DNA from: Eledone cirrhosa
Taxonomy: Eukaryota
Direction: 5' to 3'
Length of the DNA: 64,000 nt
NCBI GenBank assembly: GCA_964016885.1
Contig: OZ024740.1
Coordinates: 437,162,001 to 437,226,000 of the forward strand
Shown one piece after another: positions 14,660-34,549 of this stretch. Positions within the stretch are counted from its first letter, which is position 1. Each line of letters begins with the position of its first letter. Made by a program: the position numbers and the translations under genes. The notes under the pieces were generated by a model, which worked only from the letters and a program-made list of their open reading frames with translations, ran no database searches and was not told the origin of the DNA.

Positions 14660-15165
14660 GGACGGTCCCAGTAATGAAAGCTTTTGACCCAAGTTATTTT
14701 TACTAGTGAACGTTCTTTGTAACCCTTCATTTCCTTCCATGAGACCGGCTGCTTTTGGAGACCAGAGGTTGGGAACAGTAATCTAATCTGCTCGGAAATA
14801 AGGTTTTTCCATAGTCAGTATTACTCCTGCTTCTCTTATTTCGATGATTCCTTAGGATCCATCCAAGGGTGTCTGTATTTAGAGGTCAGTTAGGCGATGA
14901 GTCTGAAAGATGTATCATTTGATATGATTATTCCTAAGTCCCGTATGTTTATTAGCGCTCTGAATGGGTGTCTTACCTGGGGCCAAATGATGTGTATCCA
15001 CCCTCCCTTCTCGTAATGAAGAACCTGAAATTTTGATGCGTCGAATTTCATTTTATTAAATGAAATTTAGTTCATATTGAAGTGTGATGATATCTTCTCA
15101 AGTTTAGAGATGAATATTTCTGTCATCGGCGTAACTCGGTAGTTGGCTGAGTGCATCTGGGAACT
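14660..15165 (-). mobile_element. Decayed CR1/L2-like non-LTR retrotransposon RT fragment
   Basis: Manual minus-strand translation gives SYADD (about 15136-15122), NKMKFDASKFQVLHY, NIRDLGIIISND, GWILR and RLDYCSQ, which are typical CR1/L2 RT C-terminal motifs. Broken by frameshifts and stops. Confidence 0.72.
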
Positions 15166-15201
15166 TATACCTTAACCACTAAGATCTATCTATCTTATAT
15201 G

Positions 15202-15308
<107 letters not shown>

Positions 15309-15574
15309 TGATTGCTTTATCTTGTCAGATGATAGCAGTCTCAACATCGCCTCAATCAGTTATGTAAGACAACACCCTCCCCTGTACACGGAAGTGACAT
15401 TTCAATCCAGCAACAAAAGGCAAGACCCCGCCTTCGGGCCCCCTCCAACATAATCTGCAACATGTCACTGCTCCCGCCTATAATACATCTCTTTAGGTGA
15501 AGATACTACAGAAATGGAAATATTTCATTGGCGCCAATTCGCGTGGCCCCCAATAGCTGTAGTAATAGACCCAA

Positions 15575-16390
15575 TATCGATAGGCTGCCAGTATGAGGTA
15601 CCTCAATATCTATAGGGTGCCAGTATGAGGTACCTCAATATCTATAGGGTGCCAGTATATGAGGTACCTCAATATCTATAGGGTGCCAGTATATTAGGTA
15701 CCTCAATATCTATAGGGTGCCAGTATATTAGGTACCTCAATATCTATAGGGTGCCAGTATATGAGGTACCTCAATATCTATAGGGTGCCAGTATATTAGG
15801 TACCTCAATATCTATAGGGTGCCAGTATATGTGGTACCTCAATATCTATAGAGTACCAGTATATGTGGTACCTCAATATCTATAGGGTGCCAGTATATGA
15901 GGTACCTCAATATCTATAGGGTGCCAGTATATTAGGTACTTCAATATCTATAGGGTGCCAGTATATGTGGTACCTCAATATCTATAGAGTACCAGTATAT
16001 GTGGTACCTCAATATCTATAGGGTGCCAGTATATGAGGTACCTCAATATCTATAGGGTGCCAGTATATTAGGTACCTCAATATCTATAGGGTGCCAGTAT
16101 ATGTGGTACCTCAATATCTATAGGGTGCCAGTATATGAGGTACCTCGATATCTATAGGGTGCCAGTATATGTGGTACCTCAATATCTATAGGGTGCCAGT
16201 ATATGAGGTACCTCGATATCTATAGGGTACCAGTATATGTGGTACCTCGATATCTATAGGGTGCCAGTATATGAGGTACCTCAATATCTATAGGGTGCCA
16301 GTATATGAGGTATCCCAGTGTCTGTAGGGTGCCAGTATAGGTGGTACCCCATATAGCTACAGCCACTAGCCCAATGTCTATAGGTTGCCA
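15575..16390. repeat. 34-bp minisatellite, about 23 copies
   Basis: Consensus GGTACCTCAATATCTATAGGGTGCCAGTATATGA. GGTACC at 15663 and 15697. Confidence 0.95.
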
Positions 16391-16658
16391 AAAGAGAGTT
16401 GTACCCTACTTTGGCTGGAGAGGTAGAATGACAGATGAGAAGATACAAAAGAGTCTATTGTACAGGTTATAATGACACTTGTACAACACAGGTGTCACTC
16501 TTGATATCTCAGTGACTATTGTCTAAGCCCGAGTGAGATGATCAGAAATCACTAGTCATTTTTTAGACCTCAAGATTTTTAGTTTTTAAACCTTATTTAT
16601 AGACCTTTAAAAAATTTACATTTTATATAGACCTAAAGATATAAATGTTAACTCAAAA

Positions 16659-16736
<78 letters not shown>

Positions 16737-16896
16737 TTAAGGATACTATTTATGGTTATGTATATAATAAAACCTTTTATAGTTATATATATTTTAAACT
16801 CTAAATAGTGAAAGACAGTAATTCATTACTATCTTATTATCAGTAAGATAAATAGCTCAATGTAATAACATCAGTTGTTTTACAGAGCAGTTATAT

Positions 16897-17390
<494 letters not shown>

Positions 17391-17727
17391 ATAAATTAAC
17401 GGAGCCATAGACTCTCGTTATTCCCTGTCAATAATGTGCTCAAAGGAAAAGGAATCCTGAGGTCTTTAAAATACAATATGTTGAAAAGGTAACACACTAG
17501 AGAGAGATAGTGCGCCATCAATAAAACAGGGAAAACCACCAGTGTTTGGAATCTATAATCTATGGAAGGCAGGGTAGGCACACAATAATTAAAAATATAA
17601 ATTAAAATGTATATACACACCTCTATAACTATATAACACACGCGTACAAATCCAAAGAGGTGTTTCGCCAGGAAGTTGTTGACTGAAATGGAATTGCCTA
17701 TGGTTTCCTGGCGAACCAGATCTCTTT

Positions 17728-17745
17728 GTATATATATATACTACA

Positions 17746-17844
<99 letters not shown>

Positions 17845-18120
17845 TACACATACATATATATATATATACTACACACACACACACATATATATATATATAC
17901 ACACACCACATATACATATATACACGTATATATTTATACACATACACATGGTCATGTATATATTATACACACATGTATATGAATGAATATATACATATAT
18001 ATGAGAGAGAGAGAGAGTTTATGGTGTGTATGTATGCATGTATGTATGTATGTGTGTGTGAGTATGTGTGTCTCTGTGTGTCTGTGTGTGTATATATGTA
18101 TGTATATATATATATGTGTT
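17728..18120. repeat. Compound (TA)n/(CA)n/(TG)n microsatellite
   Basis: Direct reading. Confidence 0.95.
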
Positions 18121-18234
18121 TCTGTTTCTAAAACATACATTATAGCATGTGGTGAAATCTGGTCGTATCTGACCTACCCCCGCTAATGTCTAATTTGGAA
18201 GGACGCCAACATTAACCCCACCCCAACACCAATA

Positions 18235-18690
18235 ATAATGGTTTCTGGTTTAAGCACAAAGCCAGCAATGTTGTGGTGAATGGAAAAGGAGGAATCGATT
18301 ATATTGACCTCTATGGCTAGTAGATCGATTATATTGACTTCTATGGCTGATAGTTTAATTTGTCGACTCTGGAAGAACGAAAGTTGATCTCGACCAGCTT
18401 TGAACTCAGAATATAAGGAGCAGGATCAAATACCATGAAGTGTTTTACTCTGATTCTGACATTCCAATAATAAAGGTTTCTACTATAGACACAAGGACAA
18501 CAATTTTGAGGGAGGAGAAGGTCGATAAAATCAACCTCCGTACATTACTGGTACTTTATTTAATCGATCCCGTAAGGAGGAAAGACAAAGCTAAGCTCGA
18601 CAGGATTTGAACTCAGAACGTAAAGGGCCGTACCTCTATGTTGCAAAGCATTATCCGGCGCTCTAGCGATTCTGTCAATCATAATAATTC
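18235..18690 (-). mobile_element. Two decayed tRNA-derived SINE copies (Octopus-like)
   Basis: Shared blocks GGTTTCT...CACAA, (T)GGTACTTTATT..ATCGA and TTTGAACTCAGAA. The last reads as a pol III B-box (GAGTTCAAATCC) on the minus strand. The family identity is from memory. Confidence 0.65.
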
Positions 18691-18869
18691 CACATGATTA
18701 ATTACCTGTATATGGAGCGCGTTTCGCTTAAGGTATATATAATGGGAGATAATTAAGTAAAACTAAATAAAATAACGAATTTAACTGAAATGTGGAAGTC
18801 TTTGTAGGAGGTAAAAGTCTTTTATTTCGACCTGGGTCTCATATCCGAATGTCAGAATTATATTTTTAT

Positions 18870-19015
18870 TGTTTTACTTGTTTGTCATCAGACTGCGACC
18901 ATGCAACGGCATCTTTTTGAATTAGTCAATCATATCGATCACAGTATATATTTTTTCATGTCTGGTACACATTTTATCGATCTGTGTGTGGAACCGCTAG
19001 ATGCGGGACACTAGC
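18870..19015. mobile_element. Decayed SINE-like fragment followed by (CA)n (19015-19108)
   Basis: Shares the CTGGTAC..ATTTTATCGA block with the neighbouring SINEs. Confidence 0.5.
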
Positions 19016-19027
19016 ACACGCACACAC

Positions 19028-19109
<82 letters not shown>

Positions 19110-19232
19110 CCTAAACAGAAATAACAAAGCAAACGACACAGTACAATGAAGAAATATATATGGGGGCAGCTGCTAGGAAAGTGTGGGGGGTGAAGTAAAG
19201 TTGAGAGTAACTACTAGTGGAAGGAGGAGGGA

Positions 19233-19293
<61 letters not shown>

Positions 19294-19295
19294 GT

Positions 19296-19471
19296 AAATG
19301 AAAAATAACCGGGGTGTCATACACGAGTGAAAGTATAAAGAAAAAAAGATGAAATCGAAAATGTAACTGGAGTCTTATTTTTTAAAAAATAAGACTCCTG
19401 TTGCATTTTCGATTTCATCTTTTTTTCTTTATACTTTCACTCGTGTAGGACACCCCGGTTATTTTTCGTTT
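19296..19471. repeat. Spacerless palindrome, 88-bp arms, between (TA)n tracts
   Basis: Centre TTTTTT|AAAAAA at 19383/19384, few mismatches. Confidence 0.92.
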
Positions 19472-19488
19472 TGTAAAAAAAACCTCAC

Positions 19489-19528
<40 letters not shown>

Positions 19529-19659
19529 TGCTATTTCAAGCGTTAAACTGATATACTCCTTCCATATACTGTACCGATTGTGCTGTTATTTCTGTTTACC
19601 TTTTATATACATATATATGTTACTTTTTATATACATATATATGTTACCTTTTATATACA

Positions 19660-20145
19660 TATATATGTTACTCTTGATTTGGCCAGAGGTATTTATTTCC
19701 AGGTACCTTTTAAACATGACTTTCCGTATTTGTTACTGTTGTGAGATATGGAGGTTTTTTGGTTGTCACTTTTCTGTTTTTAGCCTAAGAAAATATATAT
19801 ATGCGTGTGTAAATAATTACATGCATACATTTATTTTTTTTAATTAATTGAGTTCTTAACACGTGGAATTGATAATAGTTTTAACCCGCGTGTATTAAAT
19901 ATTTTACTCTTAATTTGGCCAGAGATTTACATTCCCAATCGCCTTTAAAGCGTAACCTTCCGTATTTGCTGCGGTGATGTGATGCGGTTTGTTATTTTGG
20001 TATCACTTCTGTTTTTAGCCTAAGAAAATATCTATATGCGTGTGTAATTAATACACGCATACATTTATTTTTTTAATTTCAATTGAGTTCTTAACACGTT
20101 GGATTGATAATGTTTTTGACAAAACTAATTAACCCGAGTGTATAT
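19660..20145. repeat. Diverged tandem duplication of about 240 bp
   Basis: TTTGGCCAGAG...TTCCGTATTTG...TTTTTAGCCTAAGAAAATAT...AATTGAGTTCTTAACACGT...AACCCG occurs twice. Confidence 0.8.
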
Positions 20146-20661
20146 GATTTTTTTCTTTTCTCGTGTATCGTGGTTGTCTCCCTTTCCCGCTTCGTGACGC
20201 TATGAAACTTCCTCAGTCAAAAGACTGCTGGAATTTCAAATTTGGCGGTCATTCGATGCGTGAAGGAGCAGCTTAGCAGACACGATTTTTAACTGCGGTA
20301 AGAATTTTTTCTTATATCAAAGTTTAATGGGCTTCCACTGAAGATTTATAAGTACCCACCTAAATATATTCTTACATGAATATATGTTAGGCTTCTACAT
20401 AAACTGGAAACATTCTCCCAATTTGTAGAAAACTTATAATGAAACAATTGTTTGGAAAGAGAGATATATTTTAACTTTAATTATATCTCATAAAATAATA
20501 CAACTGGCTTTCCACAAAATACATATAGTTAGCACCCCAAACACTTAAATTGGGTTACACTAACATATAACCTAATGTTTGTTGAGTGAGATGGTTACCA
20601 GTCGGAGTTTAGCGTTAAGCTATCTCTGTTATTGTATTAAATATATATATATATATATACA

Positions 20662-21507
20662 CTAGCTGACGTACCCAGCTTCGCCCGGGTAAACAGAGGA
20701 TAAGAGAAGACAGGTAAAAGAGAAAATGACTGTATTGGATGTTTTTCTGGTTACAGTATGAGGCGAGTCCCTGGTGTCTGTTTGATACAAAAAACAGTAA
20801 AAAGAAATCTTCCAGATATACCAGATTCTTCGTTGTACCGTTTGTGCATAGTATATGAACAATTCTAGGTGCTCCCACCTAGAATAGTGACCTCTAGGAG
20901 ATGGTTCATCTTCTGTCTGACTGTAAAACGTGTATCATTGCATAGACGTGGTTGTTCCACGTTTCTCAAAAGGATGATGGATGTTCCAATCTTTTATATT
21001 ATATGTAGATATAGATATAGATAATTAATATAAAAGATGATGCTCAGCCAGTTCGTCTTCAACCATCGCAGCACGCCGTCGCTGCTTGGCTCCAGTGTTT
21101 CGTTGGCGTTGTTCAGCCAGCTCCTCTTTATTCATGGCGGCATGTCTTCACCTCTGAAGTTCGGCGTTCCGATGGCGCTGTTCGACCCGTTTTTCTTCAT
21201 TCCTGGCTGCACGCCGTCGTCGCTGTAGTTCACTGTTTGATAAAGTCGAATTGCTTTTACTTTCTGTGGAATGCTGCACGCACGCGCGCACACATAAACA
21301 TACTCGCACGTACATACACACGCACACATGGTAATAGTTATAGCGTTCACTTTGCCTCTCTGTTTCTTACTCTCCCCGCTCACTCCCTCATTGGCATTAT
21401 AAATTTGGCGTCATTGACGTGGGCGGAGTCGTTTGAAACCTATGAACCAATGATAATCGAGAATTATGACACACAGAATACTGACGTTCTTGAAATTAAT
21501 ATATAGA
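20662..21507 (-). mobile_element. Internally deleted non-autonomous Helitron with both termini
   Basis: The minus strand starts TCTATATATT (21507) and ends ACCCGGGCGAAGCTGGGT hairpin...CAGCTAG|T (20662). The interior is a patchwork of 27690-27432, 27184-26967 and 21885-21508 of the large copy. Confidence 0.85.
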
Positions 21508-27786
<6,279 letters not shown>

Positions 27787-27789
27787 CGT

Positions 27790-29250
27790 CCTCGGTTAAG
27801 ACATTTGGTGTTTAGCTGGCAACCGACATCAGATCAACAAATGTTCTGGCAGACCATCTGCCACGTTCATAATGGTTTCTGATTGAGGTACAAAGCCAAC
27901 AATTTGGAGAGAGGAAAAAGTCCCATCCAACTTCATAGTACGAAGTCCTCCTCCACACCTGCTATTAAGAATGTGTCTGGGGTTCTCCTCTCTTCACAGT
28001 GGTGCATTCCCACGAGATGGAGGAAATACTTTGTTGATTGCCTAAACCTGAGTACAACAGCATCTTCAAATGTACAGAAGGTGCATCTAGGAGCAATGAC
28101 TAAGTTCTCGGAGGCTGACGTCTCAAGAGCAATTTAAGAGCTCAAATGTGGCAAGGCCGCTGGGGGATGGGGATGAAATTCGTCCCGAGATATTAAAAGC
28201 CATAAAAAGATAATTATTCTCTGCCTCATGTGTGCTGGGTGGCCTGGATCTCTGGAAAGACACCTAAGCAATGACAAGCGTGTGTGATAATTCCAATTTT
28301 TAAAAAGGGAGACAAGAGAGATTGTTCCAATTATAGACAGATCTCCTTGTCTGGCAAAGATAGCTGATGAATAGTGTGGTTTTCGACCCAGACGCAGCAC
28401 AGCCGACCAAATATTTACACTGTGGCAGGTCTTTGAGAAACCGTGGGAGTATTGCCAAGAGGTGTATGTTTGTGTCATAGACCTCGAAAAGGCATATGAC
28501 CGCGTTCCACGGGACCTGTTGTGGAAGGTTTTGCAGAATTATAGGATCGATGGACAGCTTCTTGTTGCCCTGATGTGTCTGTACTAATGCCTCAGTGTTT
28601 GTGTTCAGGTAAATGGTGCTAAGTCAAAACCATTCAATGTGGGAGTCGGACTCCGCCAAGGGTGTGTACTGTCACCTCTCCTATTCATATTCTTCATGGA
28701 AAGGACTGACAGCCGGGTTGGAAATGGTATCATGACTGACAGCCGGGTTGGAAATGGTATCATGACTGGTGGATGTAAAATCAGTCGACTGGAATTTGCA
28801 GACGACATAGTGTTACTTAACTCGACAGAAGATGATCTCCGACTTGCACTCGATAGGTTTGATGACGAGTGCTGCATGGCTGGAATGAAAATCTGTTGCG
28901 AAAACTGAGATGCTCATCCTCTCAAGAAAACCTGCGCAACGCCATCTACACTTGAGTAGAGTTCCACAGAAACAGGTGGAGAAGTTCATGTATCTTGGGG
29001 CCGTGTTGATGAGTGATGGAAAGTGGAAGGTTGAATTAAGTGCAAGAATTGCAGGAGCTGATGCAATAATGCACCAGCCTCAGCAATCGGGTATCGGAAG
29101 AAGGGATGTATGTGTAAAAGCCAAACTTGCTATCTTCAATTTGGTACTTGAGCCAACTCTTATGGTCATGAATCTTGCGTAATGACCGAAAGACTATCAT
29201 CACGAATAAGCAACTTAAATGGGTTCCTCCGAAGGGTCTTTGGAGGCTTA
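27790..29250 (+). mobile_element. Decayed RTE-clade LINE RT fragment
   Basis: RWRKYF, GFRPRRSTADQIF, IDLEKAYDRV, GLRQGCVLSPLLF, FADD and VEKFMYLG. Several stops and frameshifts, plus a 30-bp in-frame tandem duplication near 28704-28768. Confidence 0.9.
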
Positions 29251-29420
29251 TCATCATCATCATCGTTTAACGTCCATCTTCCACGCCAGCATGAGTAGGA
29301 CGGGCTGTCCCTTTGTGAGAGATCAAGTCGGGGACCGTGATTCGCTCACACAGAACTGATTTGGGCTTGGTTGCTACGACTGGATGCCCTTCCTAACGCC
29401 AACCACATTTACAGTGTGTG
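29251..29420. mobile_element. Short interspersed repeat with (CAT)n end (LINE tail or SINE)
   Basis: (CAT)n-CGTTTAACGTCC...CTGGATGCCCTTCCTAACGCCAACC, recalled as an abundant octopus repeat. Not verified. Confidence 0.45.
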
Positions 29421-29694
29421 TTGGGTACTTGTTATCATGACACCTACACGACCACTATATAGTGTGGGTTGAGCGCTTTTATTGTGGCTCCAGGGGGGGG
29501 ATCACTTTATGGAGGGGATTAAAAACTTGGGAGGAGTGGGGAGAATGCTTGGGGAAATTGTGGACGAAGGTATAGGAGGTAGGATTATTACGAGGGATGT
29601 GTATGGGAAGGGAGATGGCAGGGGAGATGTTGCCTACTAGATATATCCCTCAGCCAGAGAAAAAAAGAGGGTGAGTCATCTGTAACACTTCATA

Positions 29695-29797
29695 GCGCCT
29701 GCGTCGGTTACGACGATGAGTATTCCAGTCGATCCGATCAACGGAACAGCCTCCTCATGAAATTAACGTGCAAGTGACTGAGCATTCCACAGACATT
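29695..29797. mobile_element. SINE-like fragment
   Basis: GATCCGATCAACGGAACAGCC...GAAATTAACGTGCAAGT...GAGCATTCCACAGACA, recalled as an octopus SINE core. Not verified. Confidence 0.4.
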
Positions 29798-30709
29798 TAT
29801 ATTTAGGGAGGGTCATATTGTTATATTGCCAGAAACAATAATAAAACACACTAACTGTTTGGTTTATACATACATACATGTAAGTATGTTTTCAAACAGT
29901 GAGCAGGTTTGAAATTAGAAAATAGAATAGCTTTCACCGTATTTTAGACTAAAGAAATTTTAGCCTGTTAATGGGTTAAGAACCCACAGATAAATGGAAA
30001 AAGATGAGTATTGACGTACATTCATATATATATTTTTTTTTTTTGGGGGGGGGGGATATGGTGGCTATGGCTTCTTTACCATCGTCTCAGCGTGTATGAC
30101 CATTTTAACTTATGTTTATAGCTCTGCTATCCTCTTCATATACATGGAGCGCTTGTCTGCACATTATTGAAGTTGTGTTTCGCTAATTTCTACCCGCCGA
30201 AATGCGATTCTCGCTAAATTATATCTATCTATATATATATATTGTTATACTTGGGGAGGGTCATATTTGTGTAATAATATTGCCAGAATTAATAACAGAA
30301 CACACTCACTGTGTGGTTGGTTTTCGCTTCTGTGTCTTTTATATCGGTTAACTTAATTTATTCGGTCCTCAATGTTACCATTGACTGACCAACGGTCAAA
30401 AATACAGATATAAAATAGACACAAACACATATATATAGTCTAACAAAGTTCTTTCGTTGCACATCTGTTATTATGTTTCCTCCTGTTATATTTTATGCCT
30501 ACGCCATCTTTATTTAGTCTGTTTATTTATTTATTTGTTTTGTCTTCTCTGCGCATGCGTTGGTGTGTGTATATAGTGTTTGATGTGTGTTCGTGTTTGG
30601 GTGACTGTGTGTTGGTTATTGTATTCTATCTTAGTTTACTAGTGTGTGTTTATATGTGTTTGTTGTTATTGTGCTTGTGTATGTATGTATTTATTTATTT
30701 ATACTTCTC

Positions 30710-33037
30710 TTAGGTCAGTATTGTTTGGGTGTTGTTGTTATTCCATTTATTTTTTCTGTTTAGCCTTGGCCTTCTAAGTTCTATTTCGCTGGCCTCTCTG
30801 ATTTGCCTATCTGCTGGGTCATTTCTATGTTTAGATATTCTAATTTCTATGTTGTCTATGTTACCGTCATGTTGTTGTCTGGCGTGTTCGTATAGTACTG
30901 AACCGTTTTTTCGTCCTTTTAGTTCCCCCCGGGGTTGGTCTATCCTTTCACCTATGCTACGAGCTGTCTCACCTATGTATGTTGTTGTCATGTTTCTGCA
31001 AGTACCCTCTGTACATCTTATGCTATAGACTACGTTTCTAGTCTTACAGTTTATCCGGGGGTTTACTTTACATATAATACATTTCCTATTAGTACAGTGG
31101 GTTTTCTTAAAAGGGTATGTTTTGCTGATCAGGGATTTTATGGTGATTCCTGGCTTTTCTACCACCTTAATCTTTAAGTGGGTCTTTCTCAGGGCCTGTC
31201 TACACTGGTTAGTTAATTTCCCTCCAGGGGTAGCGTCCACAAACATGACACTCTGGTATCTCTGGTTGTCGTACCATGAGGTGGCTTTCCCTATCTTATG
31301 TCTAGTCCTATCTAAGCTATTCCATGATTTGCTCCTGTATAATGGGCAAATTCCTTTCATGTCCAGTTCTATGGGGGTCTTATACTTCTCCGTGGCTCCT
31401 TCGTATACACTGATTCTGTCTCTTTCGTTGTAGCCAGAGAACTGCATGCGGTTGATGAAGTGTTGGATGTGTCTTTCCATTTCTGTTGGGTCGCACATGC
31501 GGGACACGTTCTTCATCACTCGTACCAAGTCTGCGATCAGAATATTAAACTTAGCACTACTAGACATTGCTGAGTTTTTGAGTATCAGGTATTTGGAGGC
31601 CATGGATTTAGCATCGTGTGAGTAGAGAATTTGGGCTCTCTCGTCTATAATGTTAATCCAGAGTTCCGTGTCTAATACAGGTAGTCTATTGTTAGGGTGT
31701 TTGGAAGGGTAGTCGATAGTTACAGTTATACTCTGGTGTATGCAATTCGCTATCTGCTGGATGCTTTCTAAATCAAAGTTGTTAGTACTCTCTTGTGGGG
31801 ATGTCCTTATTACTATATTGATGTCGTCTACGTAACGAGAGTACATGATGAGGTCTATGGAGCTCTCATCAAGGAGATCTTTGAGCCTCCTTTCCCACCA
31901 TACCATAAAAAGGTTGGCAACGTCACCAGCTATGCTGACGCCAATGGCTGCTCCCTCATTTTGGGTGTAGATCTTCTCGTTGAATTTGAATATGTGCTTC
32001 TTTAGGGTAGTTTTGATACTAGCCCCTATTGCATGTGCGACAATTTTTCTTACCTGATCATTGTTTTGGGGGGTCCGTATAGCTTTGGTCCACCCAATCC
32101 ACCTTCCTATGGGAGTCTTTTTTGCCATTGAGGTTATGGTGGGGGGTCTACCTCTTATGGGTCTACTGGGGCAGAAACGTCTAAGGTCATGGCTATCTAG
32201 GTAGTCTGTGTCATAGGTAAGTCTAAGTAGGAGGCCCTGTTCGTCTGTGTCGACGTCACAGAACTCCACCTCACTCTCAATGATCATCTCCACACATTTT
32301 TCCATAGCAAAATCAATGTTAAAGGATGGGTACAGTGATACCACATCCATACTGCCTATTATGCAGTTGGATAGGTTTTTGTTTTTGTTGCACTCACTGA
32401 TTCTGCTGAGGAGGTCCTCTGTACTGTCACATACATCTGGGGACATCTTGATTATGGGGCGTATAAATATTGAGAGGAAGTAGGAGATCCTGTAGTTGCT
32501 AGCTATATTTGCTTCGCATACAGGTCTTGTTGGTGGTCCTGCTGTCGGGTCGTCGACTGTCTTATGGTCTTTGCGGAGCCGATACAAGGCTGGTATGCCA
32601 TTGTTAGACGCCTGGAAGTTGTTGTCAGTGCGTCTGCTTGCCTTTAGGATGTCGGTCCATATCATCATGTGAGCGTTGGGGATTTTCTCTCTTCCATCAT
32701 GTATTTGCTGTGCAATTTCGCTCGTGTTGGTGATGTGGGGTTGCATAGCCTTGATGTAGTTCGGCATGCTGTCTATTGACATCCTACCAGACTTATCCGT
32801 GGGTAGACATACTACCTCACCATCCCTTGTGCGCTGCTTGAGGCTAACCAAGCCTTCTACAGGTTTCCTCCCAAGTTGTTGGACCTCTGGTCTGCTTTGT
32901 CTCTTAGTATACCGGTCTACTATTTGTCTAATCATATTTCTAGCTATGGTGAACTGTGCCTCTGTCTCGTCATCTATTTGTTGTGGTATGAAAACTCTTT
33001 TATTAAAGGGTAACCTCGTAGGATAGATATTACCCAT
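30710..33037 (-). CDS. PLE reverse transcriptase plus GIY-YIG endonuclease (775 aa, probably 5'-truncated and mildly decayed)
   Basis: PTDKSG, GSMDVVSLYPS, GAAIG, YSRYVDD, LPVLD. C-terminal CTNRKCIIC, NVVYSIRC...YIGETAR, EH...H, RE...LN. Confidence 0.88.
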   Translation of the reverse strand: MGNIYPTRLPFNKRVFIPQQIDDETEAQFTIARNMIRQIVDRYTKRQSRPEVQQLGRKPVEGLVSLKQRTRDGEVVCLPTDKSGRMSIDSMPNYIKAMQPHITNTSEIAQQIHDGREKIPNAHMMIWTDILKASRRTDNNFQASNNGIPALYRLRKDHKTVDDPTAGPPTRPVCEANIASNYRISYFLSIFIRPIIKMSPDVCDSTEDLLSRISECNKNKNLSNCIIGSMDVVSLYPSFNIDFAMEKCVEMIIESEVEFCDVDTDEQGLLLRLTYDTDYLDSHDLRRFCPSRPIRGRPPTITSMAKKTPIGRWIGWTKAIRTPQNNDQVRKIVAHAIGASIKTTLKKHIFKFNEKIYTQNEGAAIGVSIAGDVANLFMVWWERRLKDLLDESSIDLIMYSRYVDDINIVIRTSPQESTNNFDLESIQQIANCIHQSITVTIDYPSKHPNNRLPVLDTELWINIIDERAQILYSHDAKSMASKYLILKNSAMSSSAKFNILIADLVRVMKNVSRMCDPTEMERHIQHFINRMQFSGYNERDRISVYEGATEKYKTPIELDMKGICPLYRSKSWNSLDRTRHKIGKATSWYDNQRYQSVMFVDATPGGKLTNQCRQALRKTHLKIKVVEKPGITIKSLISKTYPFKKTHCTNRKCIICKVNPRINCKTRNVVYSIRCTEGTCRNMTTTYIGETARSIGERIDQPRGELKGRKNGSVLYEHARQQHDGNIDNIEIRISKHRNDPADRQIREASEIELRRPRLNRKNKWNNNNTQTILT

Positions 33038-33554
33038 CTTATATGTTTTGTCAGCTGGATTGAAGAATAGTTTCTAAAAGGGGTTGTCATTATATCTATC
33101 GTCATAGTTGTGTGTGTTGCTATTATTGTTATTATGGTGGTTGTTGTTGTCCCTATCATTAACATTATTATTATTGTTATGATTGCTAGATGTATTGTTG
33201 TTTACTCCACCGTTATTGTTGTTGTTACTGTTATTTCTATTTAGAAGGCCAAGGCTAAACAGAAAAAATAAATGGAATAACAACAACACCCAAACAAACA
33301 ATACTGACCTAAGAGAAGTATAAATAAATAAATAAATATATACACAAGCACAATAACAACAAACACATATAAACACACACTAGTAAACTAAGATAGAATA
33401 CAATAACCAATACACAGTCACCCAAACACGAACACACATCAAACACTATACACACACGCAAACGCATGCGCAGAGAAGACAAAAAAAATAAATAAATAAA
33501 CAGACTAAATAAAGATGGCGTAGGCATACAATACAACAGGAGGAAACATAATAG

Positions 33555-33597
33555 CACCACTGACGATGTTGCAGATGTGCAACGAAAGAACTTTGTT
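33555..33597 (+). ncRNA. Degenerate minimal hammerhead ribozyme in the inverted pLTR
   Basis: ACCA-CTGACGA-T-GTTGCA gatg TGCAAC-GAAA-G aa CTT^TGTT. Stem I has a mismatch. Confidence 0.55.
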
Positions 33598-33841
33598 AGA
33601 CTATATACATGTGTTTGTGTTTATATTATATCTGTATTTTTGACTGTTGGTCAGTCAATAGTAACATTGAGGACCGAATAAATTAAATTAACCGATATAA
33701 AAGACACAGAAGCGAAAACCAACCACACAGTGAGTGTGTTCTGTTATTAATTCTGGCAATATTATTACACAAATATGACCCTCCCACAAGTATAACAATA
33801 TTTGTTTCGACACACGATTTCATATCAAAAACCTCGCAAAA

Positions 33842-34492
<651 letters not shown>

Positions 34493-34549
34493 TTTTTGAG
34501 TTGTAATACATATAAATATGTGTCTGTGTGTATCGGACACACGTACACA

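Larger units (their letters stand above)
30239..33801 (-). mobile_element. Penelope-like element with inverted pseudo-LTRs
   Basis: About 550-bp inverted repeats, 30239-30779 and 33241-33801. The left one overlaps the last ~70 nt of the ORF. Flanked by TA-rich tracts. Confidence 0.92.

Noticed and set aside
17653-17728. Hairpin CAAAGAG..TTCGCCAGGAA / TTCCTGGCGAA..CTCTTTG as a hammerhead
   Set aside because: A stem followed by GAAAC exists on the minus strand, but there is no CUGANGA-like core. Treated as a small inverted repeat.
17676-18186. YI/CV/HT-repeat ORFs here and at 33.8-34.5, 54.4-54.9 and 62.0-62.3 kb
   Set aside because: Translations of dinucleotide microsatellites.
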